This document shows, in pieces, positions 62,055 through 64,000 of a stretch of 64,000 bases of DNA (the first letter of the stretch is position 1; every line of letters starts with the position of its first letter). A program made the position numbers and the translations under genes. The notes beneath the pieces are model-generated. The model was given only the letters and a program-made list of their open reading frames with translations, was not told where the DNA came from and searched no databases. This stretch comes from a virus, in IMG/VR virus record IMGVR_UViG_3300032236_001082, positions 48,159 through 112,158 of that record. One strand, given 5' to 3'.

Positions 62055-62785
62055 ACTACCGCCTCATTTTTTGAATACTGCTTTAACAAGTTTACCATAG
62101 CTTTCTCAACTTCAGGAGCTCCCGCCCCCGTTTTATTAAGCACTCTGGCAAGCTCTGTGTCTATACTTTTTACTATACCCGAAGAAGATATAACAGATTG
62201 AACTTTTGTTGCGTACCAAGTTTTAAAGAACTTTTCAAAAGATCCTTTTACTTCTTTTCCTCCAGGATTATAGTTTTTAATAACTGTCCCTGCAGCAACA
62301 AATCTTAAAACTCCATCTTGTGGCATTGGAATATTTTTTGAAGCCCTATATATTACAGGAGTTCCAGCTTCCATAACTTTTGCCTTATCACGAAATACAT
62401 ATCTAGATGCAACAAATTTTCCAGTTTTTCCAGGAACAAGTAGTTCTGGGGCAATTGGAACATTGGTTCTAGACTTAACAAAACCAGGCTTTACAACTAA
62501 AACCCCGTCACTAGAATTTTCTCTAAATAAAAAAAACAATCTTCCACTTTCAGTTCCAGTTTTATTCCATTCATAAACATGGTGATATTGTTTTGGGAAA
62601 GACTTGGCTTGAAGATTCATAGCTTTAACAAAAGCCTTTGCGCTTAAAGTAAAAACCGCATCCGCCAATGCTTCCAAAACTACAGGCGACTGGAGCTCTT
62701 CAACACCAGATATTTTTAAATCTAATTCTGATGTAATACTCGTAATATCAAAATCATTTGCTTTCAGTGTTATCATTTTGTACAC
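62051..62785 (-). CDS. neck/tail completion protein
   Basis: Position; HHVYEW, LF, KA.VME.G. Confidence 0.55.
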   Translation of the reverse strand: MYKMITLKANDFDITSITSELDLKISGVEELQSPVVLEALADAVFTLSAKAFVKAMNLQAKSFPKQYHHVYEWNKTGTESGRLFFLFRENSSDGVLVVKPGFVKSRTNVPIAPELLVPGKTGKFVASRYVFRDKAKVMEAGTPVIYRASKNIPMPQDGVLRFVAAGTVIKNYNPGGKEVKGSFEKFFKTWYATKVQSVISSSGIVKSIDTELARVLNKTGAGAPEVEKAMVNLLKQYSKNEAVV

Positions 62786-63203
62786 GAACTCTCTGAAGCG
62801 TTATTTCATAATGAGAAACTTTACCAAAAGGATCTAAAACAGCATGTGATGCAATTACTTCAAATATAGTATCTGGGTTATCGTATCTATCAATTTCGGT
62901 ATAAACTTGGTGACCGTCACTTGATCTGATTCCTGAGATTCTCCATCTTTTTGAAACAGGAACCAAGCACTTCATTTTTAATTCTAATCTTTCTTCATAT
63001 TCATTATTTTTGCCAACATTAAATCTTTTTCCATCTCCACGTGAAGAAGCTCCACTTGATTTTATTGGAGATATATTACATCTAATAGTTTCTTCATATG
63101 CCCATTCTCTAGTAATGACACCACTAGTTGGGGATTGATTATTTTGCTGAACAAAAATGTCAGCAGTCATATTCATTACGCTTCCAACTAAAGATAATGG
63201 CAT
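62754..63203 (-). CDS. head-to-tail stopper-like protein
   Basis: Position and size. Confidence 0.6.
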   Translation of the reverse strand: MPLSLVGSVMNMTADIFVQQNNQSPTSGVITREWAYEETIRCNISPIKSSGASSRGDGKRFNVGKNNEYEERLELKMKCLVPVSKRWRISGIRSSDGHQVYTEIDRYDNPDTIFEVIASHAVLDPFGKVSHYEITLQRVRVQNDNTESK

Positions 63204-64000
63204 TATATGATCACTATTCCTGTGTTTCTATAATTATCTAATATTTGATCTACTACAACGTTTCCAGTTCCAGTAAAGGCTCCGCTATCTAATTGGAAGT
63301 TAATATCTCCAAGTTGAACCTTATTAAGGTATTTCTGTCTCCATTCGGAATCTCTAGAAAGATAGTCTCCCGCCAAAAGCACTGTGCATCTTCTTACATC
63401 TTGTGGGACATAAGGCCAGCCTTTTTCTCCATAAACTCTATATCTATATCCTGCTTTAAAACTTCCAGAGTATTCTGAAGTTACATTAAACGAACTGTCG
63501 TAAGCAATTATATTTTGATAGTCTTTGTTTATAATTCTAATGGCACGATATGTTGGAGTCAACTCTATGTCAAATCCAAATTTATTAATTATAGGGTCTG
63601 ACGAATAATCTATGGTTAGGGTTCCGTTTTCATAAAGCTGATTTATCTGAAGCATTCTTTCCGTAAGCTCTAAAGCATCCGAACCGTTACCAAATATTTC
63701 CTGATCTCCCCAACCACGACCAAAGGTTTGACCAGCGTATGTTTCTATTTGCATACGGGCTATAAATTCTGCTGCCTGTATTTCTTCTTCAGTCTTATAA
63801 TTTACATCTGAAGGTCTGGTGCCAAAGTTGTAGTATTCAATTATGTCCGCAATGGATGCGTATGGAGTATATATCTCATAAAAATCTTCTTGGAAAGTCT
63901 GCTGACCGTGTGTTGTATAGGACCAAGTGATCTTTATGACACGATTTAGGGAAGTAACACTACCATTTAAGTCTAGTGTATACTTCCCTATTTCTGGATC
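63203..64000 (-). CDS. head-to-tail adaptor (5' truncated by window edge)
   Basis: Frame is open to 64000; IETYAGQTF, GW.YVP.DV, TGN..VD.IL. Confidence 0.75.
   Translation of the reverse strand, partial: DPEIGKYTLDLNGSVTSLNRVIKITWSYTTHGQQTFQEDFYEIYTPYASIADIIEYYNFGTRPSDVNYKTEEEIQAAEFIARMQIETYAGQTFGRGWGDQEIFGNGSDALELTERMLQINQLYENGTLTIDYSSDPIINKFGFDIELTPTYRAIRIINKDYQNIIAYDSSFNVTSEYSGSFKAGYRYRVYGEKGWPYVPQDVRRCTVLLAGDYLSRDSEWRQKYLNKVQLGDINFQLDSGAFTGTGNVVVDQILDNYRNTGIVII

Overview
This is 64 kb of a large, AT-rich tailed dsDNA phage genome with a long non-contractile tail (siphovirus-type). Essentially all genes are on the minus strand. In transcription order (right to left) it contains: head-tail connectors, major tail protein, tail chaperones with a -1 frameshift, a 1980-aa tape measure and minor tail proteins; a cassette of modifying enzymes; replication/recombination genes (DnaB helicase, primase, SSB, DnaE, RecA, Hjc, Cas4-like, RuvC); terminase; secreted, surface and lysis genes; an 8-tRNA array with embedded ahpC-ahpD; and small stress/proteostasis genes (dps, whiB, thioredoxin, HslV-like, groES). 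WhiB, AhpD, a short-arm tRNA-Leu and the gene order suggest an Actinomycetota host, probably a low-GC freshwater lineage (inference). Three observations stand out. (1) The last minor tail protein ends in Thr/Pro-rich repeats and (PPGFF[T/A/S])x8, and is translationally coupled to a prolyl-4-hydroxylase-like enzyme, a GT61-like glycosyltransferase, a JmjC hydroxylase and a second 2OG oxygenase; this is a candidate phage-encoded hydroxyproline/glycosylation system for the virion. (2) The window holds nine 2OG/Fe(II) oxygenases. (3) The tRNA array contains three unexplained structured RNA candidates and an atypical tRNA-Ile(UAU). All calls come from reading motifs by eye; no database searches or folding programs were run.
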